Part shown: positions 12,019 through 24,800 of the stretch, one piece after another | Position numbering within the stretch: the stretch's first letter is position 1 | Layout: the number at the start of each line of letters is the position of its first letter | Assembly: GCF_964355755.1 (NCBI RefSeq) | Contig: NC_092678.1 | Span: 16,597,881 to 16,661,880 of the forward strand | Source: Antedon mediterranea | Taxonomy: Eukaryota > Animalia > Echinodermata | Direction of reading: 5' to 3' | DNA: 64,000 nucleotides | The notes under the pieces: generated by a model | Seen by the model: the letters and a program-made list of their open reading frames with translations, nothing else | Database searches by the model: none | Told to the model about the DNA's origin: nothing | Position numbers and translations under genes: made by a program

Positions 12019-15000
12019 TTAATTCCCTCCAGTTTTTGAGTGGTTGATTAACCATTGCAATGTAATATCTAAAATCAAAAAGTTTTAGGATTAGTACATT
12101 AAAGAAATAGAAGTGTCTGAAATAACCCCCTTAAGCTCCATCTATTCTGACGAAATTTGCTAAATAAATGAGTTTTAAAATAATGTTTAAATGAGACAAA
12201 AGTGAAGAGAGGAAGCAATACAAGAAAAGGAGTGTCCACTGTAAGTCTTAGGCTGTGTTCAGACTTTAAACTCAATTACAATGTGTAACTTAAATGACTT
12301 TTGTAGCAATAACCCGACAAACTGTTCAGGCTAAAAAACAATTTACACATGTAAACTGAAAACATTTACCCAGCAAGGTCATATTTCATGAATCTTTTTA
12401 CACTACTGTTTATTTGTTGCTTTTTGGGCTATCCTGGAAAGTCTTTTATAAATGTATTATTTGTAAATGTCCGTAATTTATGTAATATCACTTTGTATGT
12501 ATTTTTTATGACGAGTTTCCAAATAAATTCAAATCAAATCATACTTGTTTGTGGTTAAAGATGTATTGTCCCCCCGAAAAATAATTATTACATTTTTTGT
12601 TGTTGAATAGGCCATTTTAATGTCACATAATAGTTATTTCTTCAACCAAAAATTGGATTAAAAAAATGTATTTACCTAAAAAAAAATGGAATTTAAAGCA
12701 AAAAAATGGTCAAATGGCAGCCAGCCAATGGAGTTTTGGTAGAATTTAACCATTTATTATGTTATTTTAAGTGAAAACATTATTTTTTTTTCGTTTTTTT
12801 TTCTTCGGAAGTAATTATCTTTGTTAAAACTACAAAATGGCATATTCGAGGTCTGATTTTAATAATCTTCATTTTTAATGCTTTTGGGGGACAATACATC
12901 TTTAATCAGCTTGGAGTTTGCAGGTGTAATTTAAAAATCCACATCATGAGTTGGGGTTTTTGAAACAGCTGGTTTATCTTAAAATTTACAACACATGCGA
13001 CCATTACATATGTATATTTTCCGAAATAGGCTCTTAGTCTGGAAACAATGAAACAGAGGAGGGATAATATAATAATAATAATAAACTTACCAATATTTTC
13101 TTTGTTTTTACATGATATTGAGTAGCAACAGATTTCCCTGTCTTGGATTGCAGATAAATTCATTCTTTCAATCAGTTCTTTTTCATCCAAAGCCTCTGCT
13201 AAATCTTTCTTATTTCCGAGCACAAGAACCTAAAGAAATTAACACATAAATCAAACTATTTCATTGATTGCAAAGCATTTTTCAATTTCTGCACGTTATC
13301 ATAATATGGCCATCTGAAATTGGATTGTCGTCTATTCACGTTGTGTAACCCATAGTCAGTTTGAAACTATGATTAACAGGTTTTGTACATCATAGCCAGT
13401 TTGTAACTATGCTGAACAGGTTGTGTAACCCGTAGTCAGCTTGTAACTATGGTTAACAGGTTGTGTAACCCATAGTCAGCTTGTAACTATGGTTAACAGA
13501 TTGTGTAACCCATAGTCAGCTTGTAACTACAGTACAGAAAGAAAATACTGCAACTTTACCTACGAAGTAGCTTCGTAGATAGAACGTAGGCAACTTTGTT
13601 GGCTTCGTAGGTTCTATTGTTTGGCTTCGTAACCTCAATAAACAACTTTCAATGAACTGAATTCTGAACTTCGTAGGGAGTTCGTAACCTAAATAAACAA
13701 CCCTAAGATGTTCTTAGTGAAGTAAGGTGTGAAATTAATGTGTTAAATTTAACTGGCGGAGGACAAAGTTGTAAATTAATAAAAAATAAATAATATTTTT
13801 TAATCGTAATCTTTTCCTTCGTGCGTGTTTACCTACTCAACAGCGAATATAAACATAAATTTCCCACGATGTATGACGTAGAGAGACACGATCCAACACA
13901 GGTGAACCGCAACGAACAAGCCAACTAATATAGTGAACGTCCAGTCCCATCCAGAAACGATGCCGAGAAAAAAAGATCGTAAACAATTCATTCTAAATAT
14001 AGCATCAGGACGTTCAATCGGTCGCTCAAAAAGACTGCCGACAGAAGACCGTAATGAATACAGACCTAGTTTTTTTTGGTCACATGGCATGAAACGCGAT
14101 ACTCTCTCTGCTTACCGCAATCTCTCACACGTTTTTTTTTTACTCAGTACGAGCATGAGAGGGTGGCTACCGCCTGACGACGATAAAACAGTAATTAAGA
14201 TCGTGTACCTGGATTTTGTGTCACATGACATGAAACATAATACTCTCTCTAAACTGCTCAGCTCACATGTTTTTTCCCCTCCAAATTCTGGTCGGGCCTT
14301 TTCCCGGGCCTTTTTCTTTATACATGTCGTAATCATTTTAAAAGGCCTATGTATGTTAAATCTTAATATGGAATATATATTTATTTTGCATATATTTTGT
14401 TGGTATCCTAGCCTAGTAGGTGTCGTTGTTTTTATAATTCGCTAACCCAACAAGGTAGGAATAAATAATTTATAGTGTAGGCCGCCGACTCTCTCTACGT
14501 GAGCTGAGGTCCACCGGCCCGATGTCGTTTCGTCGGCGGATTTCCGTCCAAATTAGGATAACCGATGCGTAGGGCGGCTACCAAAATTGACCTACTATCT
14601 TTAGGTAGGATTTTAATTAGCAAACAATACATTGTTTGTTTGCATTGTCCATGCTTCTACGAACCACCCTACGATCGAGGCGTAGCCTAGATTTCATAAC
14701 AATACATCGTAGGCTAAGAACAATGCATCGTAGGCTACGAACAATACAGCGTAGGAGAGAACAATACATCGTAGGCTACGAACAATACATCGTAGGAGAG
14801 AACAATACATCGTAGGCTACAAATAATACATCGTAGGCTACAAACAATACATTGTAGGAGAGAACAATGACCTACGTTCTACCTACGATCTACCTACAAA
14901 AGCCTACGCGTAGATATGAAGCAGTAATTTCTTTCTGTACTGTATGCTTAACAGGTTGTGTAACCCATAGTTACTTGTAAACTAAGCTTAACAGGTTGTG

Positions 15001-18000
15001 TAACCCAGTTAGTTTTTAACTATGGTTAACAGGTTGTGTGACCCATAGCATGATTGATATACTCACAGGTATTCCTTGTAGCTGTGGTTTATCTAACAGA
15101 TTGTGTAACTCGTTCCTTGCAGCTTCAAGCTTTTCATGATCAGCAGCATCTACCATATACCTACAAGTTCAATCATAATTTATTAACACATTGTTCTTAA
15201 TATCTACCGACATACATTAGATGCAATTATGCTGGGCAGGGGAGGGGAGCAACAAAAACACAACCTTGAGATGTTAAATGTTGGTAAACTAACAGTAACA
15301 GGTGCAAAAAAGTGCGAGCAATGAAACAATTTACTGATGGCCCTTGGTAAAATTTGGCATTTTTCATGTGTTGGGTGCATGAAATCGAAAACAAAAGACT
15401 GTCCTACTGCTTGCAGTACAACAGACACTTACACAATACAATTAACACCTCTGCAGTAACGTTCCCACATACTCCTGAACCGTGGCTGTCCTCCTATGTC
15501 CCATAACTGAGAGTAAAAACAAAAAAATGATTAATTAAATATGACATGATAGTTCATTGCTTGAAACGTAAGGTAAAATAAAAGTTATATATGAACTATC
15601 CTATTATTATGCCAATAGAAGTAAGAAGAAAATGTTTTCACTAAAAAAAAATTCATTTGTATGTACTGTAATAAGTAGAAAGTTAGAAAACAAGATTGGA
15701 AATGTCAGAAACAGAAATAAAGTAATTCAAAATGCCGACTTTTTTTTCGTCTAAATTTGTTTCATTACTTCATTTCTCTAGCCGTTGGTCACGGTTCACT
15801 GCATAAGCCGGCCAAACGTTATAGCTGCTCCTGAACTTAACAGTACCTTGAGTTGTAACCACGTTCGTGCCCGGCCAAGGGACAGCCACCTAATGCCCGG
15901 CCCAGGGACAGCCACCTAACTTTGGGAAATGCTTACTCTGTATCGTTTGCTGCCTCAGACCAAACCGTGTGTAAATGCGGTCTAAAACAAGCTGTAGTAA
16001 TAACCTACTGTACAGGGAGGTTTCGCAATCTTACGAATACGATAACGACAACGGATACGTCACGCACACGTATTCGTTTTTCGTAAGCCAGTAAAAATCT
16101 GTTTCGCATGGCAACGATATATTGAGGGCGCCGTCCAAAATATGACTGCGGTACATTTGAGCGAAGCGCAGGTACGTGTTGCTTGGTGCTTGGCTGCCTA
16201 GGCCTAGCGTAACATCAAAAGCGAGTGAAGACTTTAAAAACTGCTATTTATCAAAATTGACCTGGCATTTTAGTAAATTACTTTAGTAAATTACTTTCAA
16301 TAAAGGTATAATTATATTATAGTCATGAATCATTCCTGATTCAAATGCAAAATGTGCAAAATAGATCAAAAACTATACTCGTTTTGTAGTTACGAATATG
16401 ACTGGTGATATTCGTCAACACGAATACGCTTTACGAATACGAAATGGGGATCAGCTCCAAAGTTTCACAAATGTGTGACGTATCCGTTTTCGTATTCGTA
16501 AGGTTGCGAAACCTCCCTATTATGTCAATAACTACTAAAATACAAATTTGTTCTCATGCATTTTTCCTTTCATCCATATGGTAGATTAACAAGGGCATTG
16601 ATTATACATAATTACTGTAGCTAGGTTACTCAGTATGAAAAAATACTAATAAAACAGTCAGATAGAAGATGGAATACTGTATGATGGACCTGTAAATCAA
16701 ACTGCTAGTAGTAGGTATTATACATAAAAAACATTATGCCAGATATGGGTTGCATAATTAAATAATGCATGTGTTGTAATGTATAAGTTATCATCTGATG
16801 GCAAATATGTTGCTGAAAAGGTTTTTTTTCCCCAAGGCCATAAAATCTAGCCAATCTGAAAGTAACAACTTCATTGCTACAGTACATGCTGTAACTATGA
16901 ATAAATATCACAAATTATTGCATAAAAAGTTATTGTTGGTAATGTAATGAAAGGCAAGGAAGTCATAGGTCAAAGTTCAACATAAAGACAATGCATAAAG
17001 TATGTAGCACATGATTATTCTGTAGTCAGGCCCTACAGTATCCAAAGTATATACATTTTAAGTTATGAAATTTAACTACAGTACCTGGAACATGCTAAGA
17101 ACCGAGTCGTAAAGTCTATCAACTTATTTACCTAATGTAATACATGTATGTTTATAACTTGTATACTTTTTTTCTCTTATTGTATTTGTTGGTATGTTTT
17201 GTTGGTAATAAACATAATTTTGTTATGGTTTTTTTTTTGGTGTTTGTCTTTTTTTTTTGGTAGTTTTAGGGATGATTTATTGTTAATGTTAGAAAATGTT
17301 TTATTTGTGTTTTCTCTTGGTACTTTCTTTTTTTACTTTCTGAAATTATAATTAAGTTAAACCTTACCTTTATGGTAACATGACCCTTTGTGACCTTGCG
17401 CATGTTGAATCCGACAGTCGGTATCATATCTTCACAAAAATTACCAGACTACAAAATAAAAGATTTTGTTTTAATTGTAAAGTCAAAGTTCATAAAAATA
17501 ACTTTCTTAGGTGGAAATTATTTATGGACGCGTAGTATAATAAAAAAGAGAAAAACATTTTGATGGTGAATTCAGGACAACCAAATTAATCCTAAATAAA
17601 AAAAGAATTATAGTTTCCATTGGTTGTAATGTTGATGCATTGTGACAAATATAATAATATACTGTAAGTTAAATTTACCACTAAAGCGTGTTAATATCAT
17701 GCACATGACATCATTTTTAAAACCATACCAGGCGATATTGCCCCGGGGGTGTTTGTGTACAACAAAACGGGGAGGTGCAGCAGCCACTTCGAGGCATGAG
17801 GCACTTGCGCTACCCGTTTTACGGAAACCTTAATAAACTGCCAAGTTGAATATTTAAGAGTGTTTATCAGTACTCACTCAGTACAGTGAATGGAATATCA
17901 TTTTTATTTCTCTCATTCAATAATATGAATAGGCCTACTTATAAATTATCATAACAAAATAAAATGTGGTTTATATGACAATAAAACATCATTCAATTAA

Positions 18001-18393
18001 TTATTGAATTGGAAAAAAGTTTGTAAATGTTTCACTGAATGAGAATGTATTGCTACAAAATAGCAGATGGCCAGGCCCCGTGTGTCCAGGAACCATAAAC
18101 TATTGTGGAAGCACGAAAATCCGATTCGGCGGTTGGTATTGCCTTTTGACCCTGAAACTGTATGTATAGCCATAGGCCTACTAGGCTAGGCTAGCTACTA
18201 CTAGGGCCTAGGCCTCTAGGCCTAGGCCTAGACTAGAGAGAGGCTAGCCTAGCATACGTGCATGTCTTACCGCAATTACGTTCACGAAAGTCGTTTTCCC
18301 TGAATACTGAAGACCAACAAGCGTCAATTCCATCTCTTCTTTCCAAAATAGACTTTTTAACCAGTCCAAAATTCCTCTAAAAAACGACAGCAT
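12019..18393 (-). CDS. ARL8: ADP-ribosylation factor-like protein 8 (lysosomal Arf-family GTPase), complete, 186 aa
   Basis: Exons 18271-18393, 17368-17448, 15433-15506, 15067-15160, 13091-13229 and 12019-12068 total 561 nt, all GT-AG. Translation: [93 protein letters not shown]. Confidence 0.97.
12559..12901. mobile_element. TTAA-site MITE (Kolobok-like); other copies at 40390-40652, ~43436-43755 and ~49844-50180
   Basis: ttaa|agatgtattgtcccc ... ggggacaatacatct|ttaa. The internal sequence is shared among the four copies. Confidence 0.8.
13341..15047. repeat. 40-bp intronic tandem repeat (ttgtgtaacccatagtcagcttgtaactatggttaacagg) split by a transposon
   Basis: About 5 units at 13341-13529 and about 3 units at 14943-15047. 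Removing the insertion rejoins one unit. Confidence 0.85.
13530..14942. mobile_element. 1.4-kb non-autonomous DNA transposon with a TA duplication and subterminal 21-bp repeats
   Basis: ta|cagtacagaaagaaaatactgc ... gcagtaatttctttctgtactg|ta. The unit aacaatacatcgtaggctacg is repeated at ~14697-14868. Confidence 0.85.
16014..16518. mobile_element. MITE with AGGGAGG termini (PIF/Harbinger-like)
   Basis: agggaggtttcgcaatcttacgaatacga ... tcgtattcgtaaggttgcgaaacctccct; TIR of about 45 bp. Confidence 0.8.
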
Positions 18394-18851
18394 TTTGAAA
18401 GATGTTCGTTTATTGCACCCTAAAGAAAATTAATCGACGAGCAACGATAGAGCACTCAGAGCAGCAGCCTTGTGTGTAAAGCTGCTGGATATAAAGAAAC
18501 AACAAAAAATGCACTTCCTGTTTCAACGCGACATTCGTCATGTGATGATGAGGTCTCCTCGTAGCCTAGCCAAATACAAGAAATTCTCTATTGATAAACG
18601 GATTTTAAATTATCTAGATATTACACTGTTTGTTGATCATTAAATTATAAAGACGAGAATTTTAAAATTTTATTTTGTATGATCTACCATTTTAAAGTTT
18701 TTTAATGGATATTTTCATTTTCATTAGATGTAATATTTACTGATTCCTCTGTCATAAATGTCACATGTTTTGCATTAAAAACCACTTGTCTTTTGTAGAC
18801 TGGAGGTAGCACTAGCACTAGCACTAGCAGCACTAGTTTTGGTAGTGTTTG
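18394..18851. promoter_or_regulatory. Probable bidirectional promoter and 5' UTRs shared by ARL8 and CTSC
   Basis: Divergent ATGs are 458 bp apart. ETS-type CACTTCCTG at 18512-18520; MiT/TFE-type E-boxes TCATGTGA at 18538-18545 and GTCACATG at 18760-18767. Confidence 0.65.
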
Positions 18852-21800
18852 ATGAACATGTATTCCTTATTAAACTCACTTTTGTTGGTAATTTGTCTGT
18901 GTTGCTTTACAGCAGTAAATGCAGATACACCAGCAGATTGTAAATTTGATGATTTAGTAGGAGTTTGGAAGTTTTCTGTCGGCGAAGGCGGTCATGATAA
19001 TACTTTGAATTGTTCAGATCCAGGTCGGTAAACACTGTGTGTCATGTGGAGGTGGTCATGTGTGTGTGCGCACTGTTGTCTATTGATAAAAATAGAAATG
19101 AAGGAGGTTGGGTGGGGATGGGGATGGGGTGGGGTGGGGGTTAGGGTTTTGGTTGGGGTGGGGGTGGCGATGGGGTTGCGGGTGGGGATGGGGTTGGGGT
19201 GGGGGTGGGGGGACGGTTTGGGCTGTTGTCTATTGATATAAAAATAGGAATGAAGGAGGATGGCTGGTGGTGTTATTAGGCCTAAAAAAAAAAATTGTTT
19301 GTTTGCTGTCAAGTTTTTTTTTTTTGGTAGGGGGGCGGGTGGAAAAAAGTTTTTTTTTTTTTTTTTTTTTTAATGTTAATTTCTCTGTTAATTGTACGCG
19401 AATTTGAGAGTAACAAAACACACTGAATAAAACAACGAGCTCAAACATCTATTCATAATTTGTTTCACACTTTAATTCTGTTTTGGGCGCGTTAGGCCCC
19501 GTGTCTAAACTAGCCTAGGCCTGGCCTACTACTAGTACTACACAGTAGGTCGTTGTTAGCAGGCCTAATTAAATATTTTAATTTTTAGAAGTTAGTGTAC
19601 CGTATATTTCAGTGTATAAGTCGCACCTGTGTATAATAAGACGCACCCGACCCCTAACTGAGAGTAAAATATCGGTATTTTGTATATCGTCGATGTATAA
19701 GACGGCCGCGCCCAGCCTCAACAAGAAGGGAAGTCCCCCATTCCGTCAGTTCTTTCTAACTTGTTATGAATGAGTTTCGCACGCCGCAACATCGAGTGAC
19801 CGCACGCGTGTGTGGGCTAGCCTCGCTCTCGATCCTTTTATCGAGAGGCGCACGTTTTCACGGACTGACAATCGTATTCGATTAGTATCTATGTATCCTA
19901 GAAGTGTGTACGCTAGGTCTATGCTATAATCAACTGGAGAATAATAACTAGTCGAATACTGTGTACACAATGTGGTTGCCAAGAAGGGCTCGCTCGCGCT
20001 GGGGGTACGACGGTCGTGCGTATAACTATAATACTATTCCAATCGTAAACGTCGTTTTCAAATGAAATTTTATCGGAGCGCCTAAAACAGCTCCATAATG
20101 AACAAATCTTTTCATCATATTTAGTATAAAATCACGCTAAAATGCCTTGAAAACTAGCAGGTTGCTGTTACGCTAGTATACTGTAGCTAGGCTAGGCCTA
20201 CTCTTTAGACTTTAGTAATACTAAATAGGCCTACTAGCCTAGCTAGGCTAGGCCTTACCTTAAAAAGCCCAGGCCTTACCTTAAAAAGCCCAGGCCTAGC
20301 CAACGAGGTGGCGATCTGTGTTTTGAGGCATTTATGTTCGGTGTATAAGACGCACCCTTAATTTAGAGGTTAAATTTGCGTGTCAAAAGTGCGATTATAC
20401 ACCGAAATATACGCTACGTTATTATTTTTATTGTTTCATCCTCGCACACTCGATTTTTACACCTTTTCGGCCAAAATAAATCATTAAAAAAACTTTTTTT
20501 TTAAAGCGCCCTCAACGTAAAAAAAAAACTTTTTCTTATTTCCGCCCCAAATTTTTGGCGAAATTAGGGGCGGCGGATGACAGCAAACAAACTATTTTTT
20601 TTTTTTGGCCTTATAATATCTTTTATTTTTAACATTCTATAAATATATGACTTAAAAAAAATGCACATACACCGTTGTTGACTAGTACTTGTCTAGGCCT
20701 ACTGACGAGGCCTAGGATACGATAATAACCATTGTTTACACTGATTATTATAATAAATGCTATTCTTCAGTATTTCTATTTACCAGGGAAGGTGAAATTA
20801 TTTGTTTTTATCTTCTCAACTTTTTAGGAAAATCTGTAAAAGAGGTGTCCATAGAGCTGCTCTTTCCGGATGTCGCAATTGACCTCGACTATGGTCACCA
20901 AGGCCACTGGACCATGATCTACAACCAAGGCTTTGAAGTGACTATCAACAACAAGAAATACTTTGCTTTTTCAAAATATGAGAAAGTTTCTGGCAAAATA
21001 CAAAGCGTATGTAATGAGACGTTGCCAGGCTGGGTTCATAATGTTGATGGCAAGGACTGGGCATGCTATACTGGCATGAAAGCAGCACCGCCCTCAGTTG
21101 TTAGGTATGCTCCTGTCAGAATTTTTAAATTATCTTTAATGGTAACATTGCCCTCAGTTAAGTATGTTCCAATCTACACAGAGCTATGGAATGCCATCAC
21201 CGCCAAGAATACAATTACAAACATACAATATATTCGTGGAAATATACAACGTACACGCAGAAACCTACAACGTACTCGCAGAAATATACAACGTACACGC
21301 AGAAATGTACAACATACTCGCAGAAATGCACAACGTACTCGCAGAAACATACAACATACTTGAAGAAAAGGACAACAAAAAGACATTCACAAAAACGTAC
21401 AACGTGTTCGCTGAAACAGACAAAAACAAAAACGTACAACGAAGTCGCAACAATGAATGTGCAGTAAAATAACCATGGAATCATCCATTATATAAAGGGT
21501 ATGGACATTTAGGATGACATCAAGCATTTCAAAGATAAAGATAATGCGGGTTTTTTTTATTTATCATTTTTCTTATTTGCAAGATTATCACTTCTGCAAA
21601 ATGGGCCACATCCATGTTTTTTATCAGAATCATAAATCGACCGTATAAAAGTAAATATTTGCATTTTTCCTACCGTTGTTGGGGTCAGCTGAGTGGTCTT
21701 GGCCACGCAATAAATTTACCGCTATGGCCACCATTTTTTTTTTTTTTAAGAAGAAAAGGACAAGAAAATTGTGCAGCACGTGTTGCGAAACTACGCACGT

Positions 21801-24800
21801 GCACGTACGTAAATAAAACTAGTGAGACAGTAAATAGTTTGGATATTATACGTTTGTGGAACCAACCATGAGGAAGGTGCATCTATATAATAAAGAGAAA
21901 AAAACCTCGTTATCTTTATCTTTGAAATGCTTGATTGAATATTATACTACAGTATTTTCATCAGTAATGTCCATACCCTTTATATAATGGACGATTCCAT
22001 GGTTATTTCGTTGATATTGTACGTTTTTGTGTTTGTCTGTTTCAGCGAACACGTACGTTTTTGTGAATGTCTTTTTGTTGTTCTTTTCTTCAAGTACGTT
22101 GTACATTTCTGCGATTGTTGTACCTTTCTGCGAGTACGTTGTATATTTCCACGAATATATTGTATGTTTGTAATTGTATTTTTGGCGGTGATTGCCTTCC
22201 ATACAGAGCCATTATGTTATGGCTCTGAATATACAAAGGCAACACCGCCCTCAGTTAGGTACATTACGTCATTATATTCCATATTTGCCCATTTGAGATT
22301 ATCATCACTAAATTGCTAACTATTAAAACAATGATTTCTTTTTTATTCTAGTCAGAAAACCAGACTTTATAGAAACAATCCTGAGTTTGTAGAGAAGATA
22401 AATTCAGTGCAGTCTTCGTGGAAGGCGGCGGCATACCCACAACATGAGACATATACTCTTCAAGAAATGGTGAGACGTGCTGGAGGAACATCTTCAAAGT
22501 CTTCAAGGAAGTTGGTCACATTCTTTACTTTTAACTAGTTATTACTGTATGACAATGTAAACATTTATGCCCAGAGAGGTATCTTTTATACAGTTTAGTA
22601 GAGTTAGAATATTTTATAATACAAGTAGATTCTTGTCATTTGATCAATGATTGGAAGATTGTGGGTCACATGATATTAAATAATTACTGTACTGTATTTG
22701 TTTGTTCGTTTGTTTTAATCTTTATACTGGGTGACCTCTTCAGTCAAAGACTGATCTCCCAGAGGGCCCAGTTGGTGATCAGTGGCTGTGATGTACTAAT
22801 ACACCGGGGTAACCCCCTACTCGTCTCGAAAGATGTACTAGGTTCTTTAAAGTGCACACGAGCAAGTTGTGTACTTGTGTAGCAATCTTGATTACATCAT
22901 CGAGAGTCTGAAATCGTTATAATATGCAATTGAGTAACTACAAAATTGTTTTGTGTGTTGACGATCACGTTCTATCAACCTGTAGATTACGCCGTCTACA
23001 TTTACTCTACTAAACGTCCAAAATTGGAGCACTGCCTTTCCGAATGAGTTATGCCTTAGCCTAGCCTGTTCTTAACACTTTGACTGCCAGAGGTTTTTCC
23101 AGTTAGAAACTGCCACCGCCAGCGTTTTTAGCCCAATTCGATGTTTTTATTAAAGCTGATTGAAACCATGTATGTGATCTGATTTATATGTAATTTAGAC
23201 TAAAATAATCATAAAGATTTTAGCTTTACAATGGTACCAAGAACGATTTTTAAATCGCAATATGTAAATCGTAATAGTAAAATGAAAGTAACCCACTTTT
23301 TGAATTTTTCGTAGTTTCGCGCAAGAAAGTCGAGATATTCGCGATTTTGTGCAAGACATCACAATATGAAAATATCGCCCGGTGAGATCAACAAACAACG
23401 AAAAAGTTACTTACACGGCACCGATAGGCCTATAAAAACAAGTTATCACTATCGAAAAATGTATTACATTTATAAATCATAAATCTTACATCAATGTTTC
23501 GCCAAAATCCACATAGTAAAGACACCAGGCCTAGTTAACCAGGCCTAAAGTTGGTCCGGAACCGTTTTACGACTAGGGCTAGGCTAGCCTAGTACTACTA
23601 GCCTAGGCCTCCTAGGAGATAGTAAACTGATAATAACCATACCATTTCAAAACAAGTTTGTTGCATGAAACTCGGTAACTTTCAGTAAAACACCAAAACA
23701 ATTAGGGTATACATACAATAATAAAATTAAAGACTCATATTGAAAATGACTCCATTATTTTTTATTCAGATAACAAACAAACATGTCAATCCACAAAAAC
23801 CTTTGTAATGCTTCGGCGGCATAGCTAGCGCGCGACCGATACACAATGCGCCAAGCCATCGCTCTACGAGCTACTGTGATGCGCGGTGTTTGTTATTTCG
23901 ACAGGTACCATTTTGACAGTCGTTCGTAACCAGATTAGTTACTTTCAAATTGTAAAATATTAACGGTCCAGACCGAATATAGTGTTCATATTTATAGTAT
24001 ATACAATAATTAACCTATCTACCGGATTTCGTAAAAAAACACAAAAAACGAAGATCTTCGTTTTTGGCAGTCAAGCGTTGTGTTTCCAAAAACGAAGCTC
24101 TTCGTGTTTGGCAGTCAAAGTGTTAAAAGCTTTTTCATTTATTTATTCGACACAATCGGCGCCATGACACGAGAGTGTCCGCAACCCCTAGCTGGTGTGT
24201 TTAAAACAAATAATGTATGTTTTATATTCATGAAATGAGGCAAATCTTTTAATACGGTGAAAGATTAAATGTTCTAACTGTATTCTCACCTCATTAAATT
24301 ATTTACCCCATTCCACTCATAAACATTAATTATTGTAATAATGTATACTATTGACTGTTGCAGTTTACATGTAAAATCTTGCCATTCTGTACATGTAGAA
24401 ATAACACTATGTGTGTTTGTTTTGTTTACACGCGTAAAATATGTGTACATATAATTGGTAAAATGTTAACACAAAATAACCTATAAAAATGCATGCCAAG
24501 TTTCATCAACCCTTGTGTATTTTCAGACGTTTGGCATCGGCAAAAGTAAAACCTGAAGTAGCAAAGATTGCTAGCCAGTTACCGATGGAGTTCGACTGGA
24601 GAAACATGGCTGGACAGAACTTTGTAACGCCTGTTCGCGACCAGGGTGGCTGTGGTAGCTGTTTTGCTTTTGCATCTATGGCTATGTTAGAAGCCCGATT
24701 GAAAATTGCAACTAATAACACCATAAATAAGGTGTTTTCACCTCAGGATGTAGTAGATTGCAGTGAATATGCCCAAGGTAAGATATCTTATTATTTTTAT

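Noticed and set aside
13833-14445. 170-aa ORF and antisense ORFs within the 1.4-kb element
   Set aside because: No transposase or other recognisable motif; probably chance ORFs in a non-autonomous element.
18992-19312. Pro/His-rich and Gly/Trp-rich ORFs
   Set aside because: Translations of the low-complexity G-tract in CTSC intron 1.
22239-22258. CTSC micro-exon
   Set aside because: A 20-nt exon would shift the frame, and there is no polypyrimidine tract before the AG.
21164-22319. Cluster of overlapping ORFs and a CRISPR-like periodic pattern
   Set aside because: These are 21-bp tandem units inside the TIRs of a MITE. There are no unique spacers and no cas genes, and the context is a eukaryotic intron.
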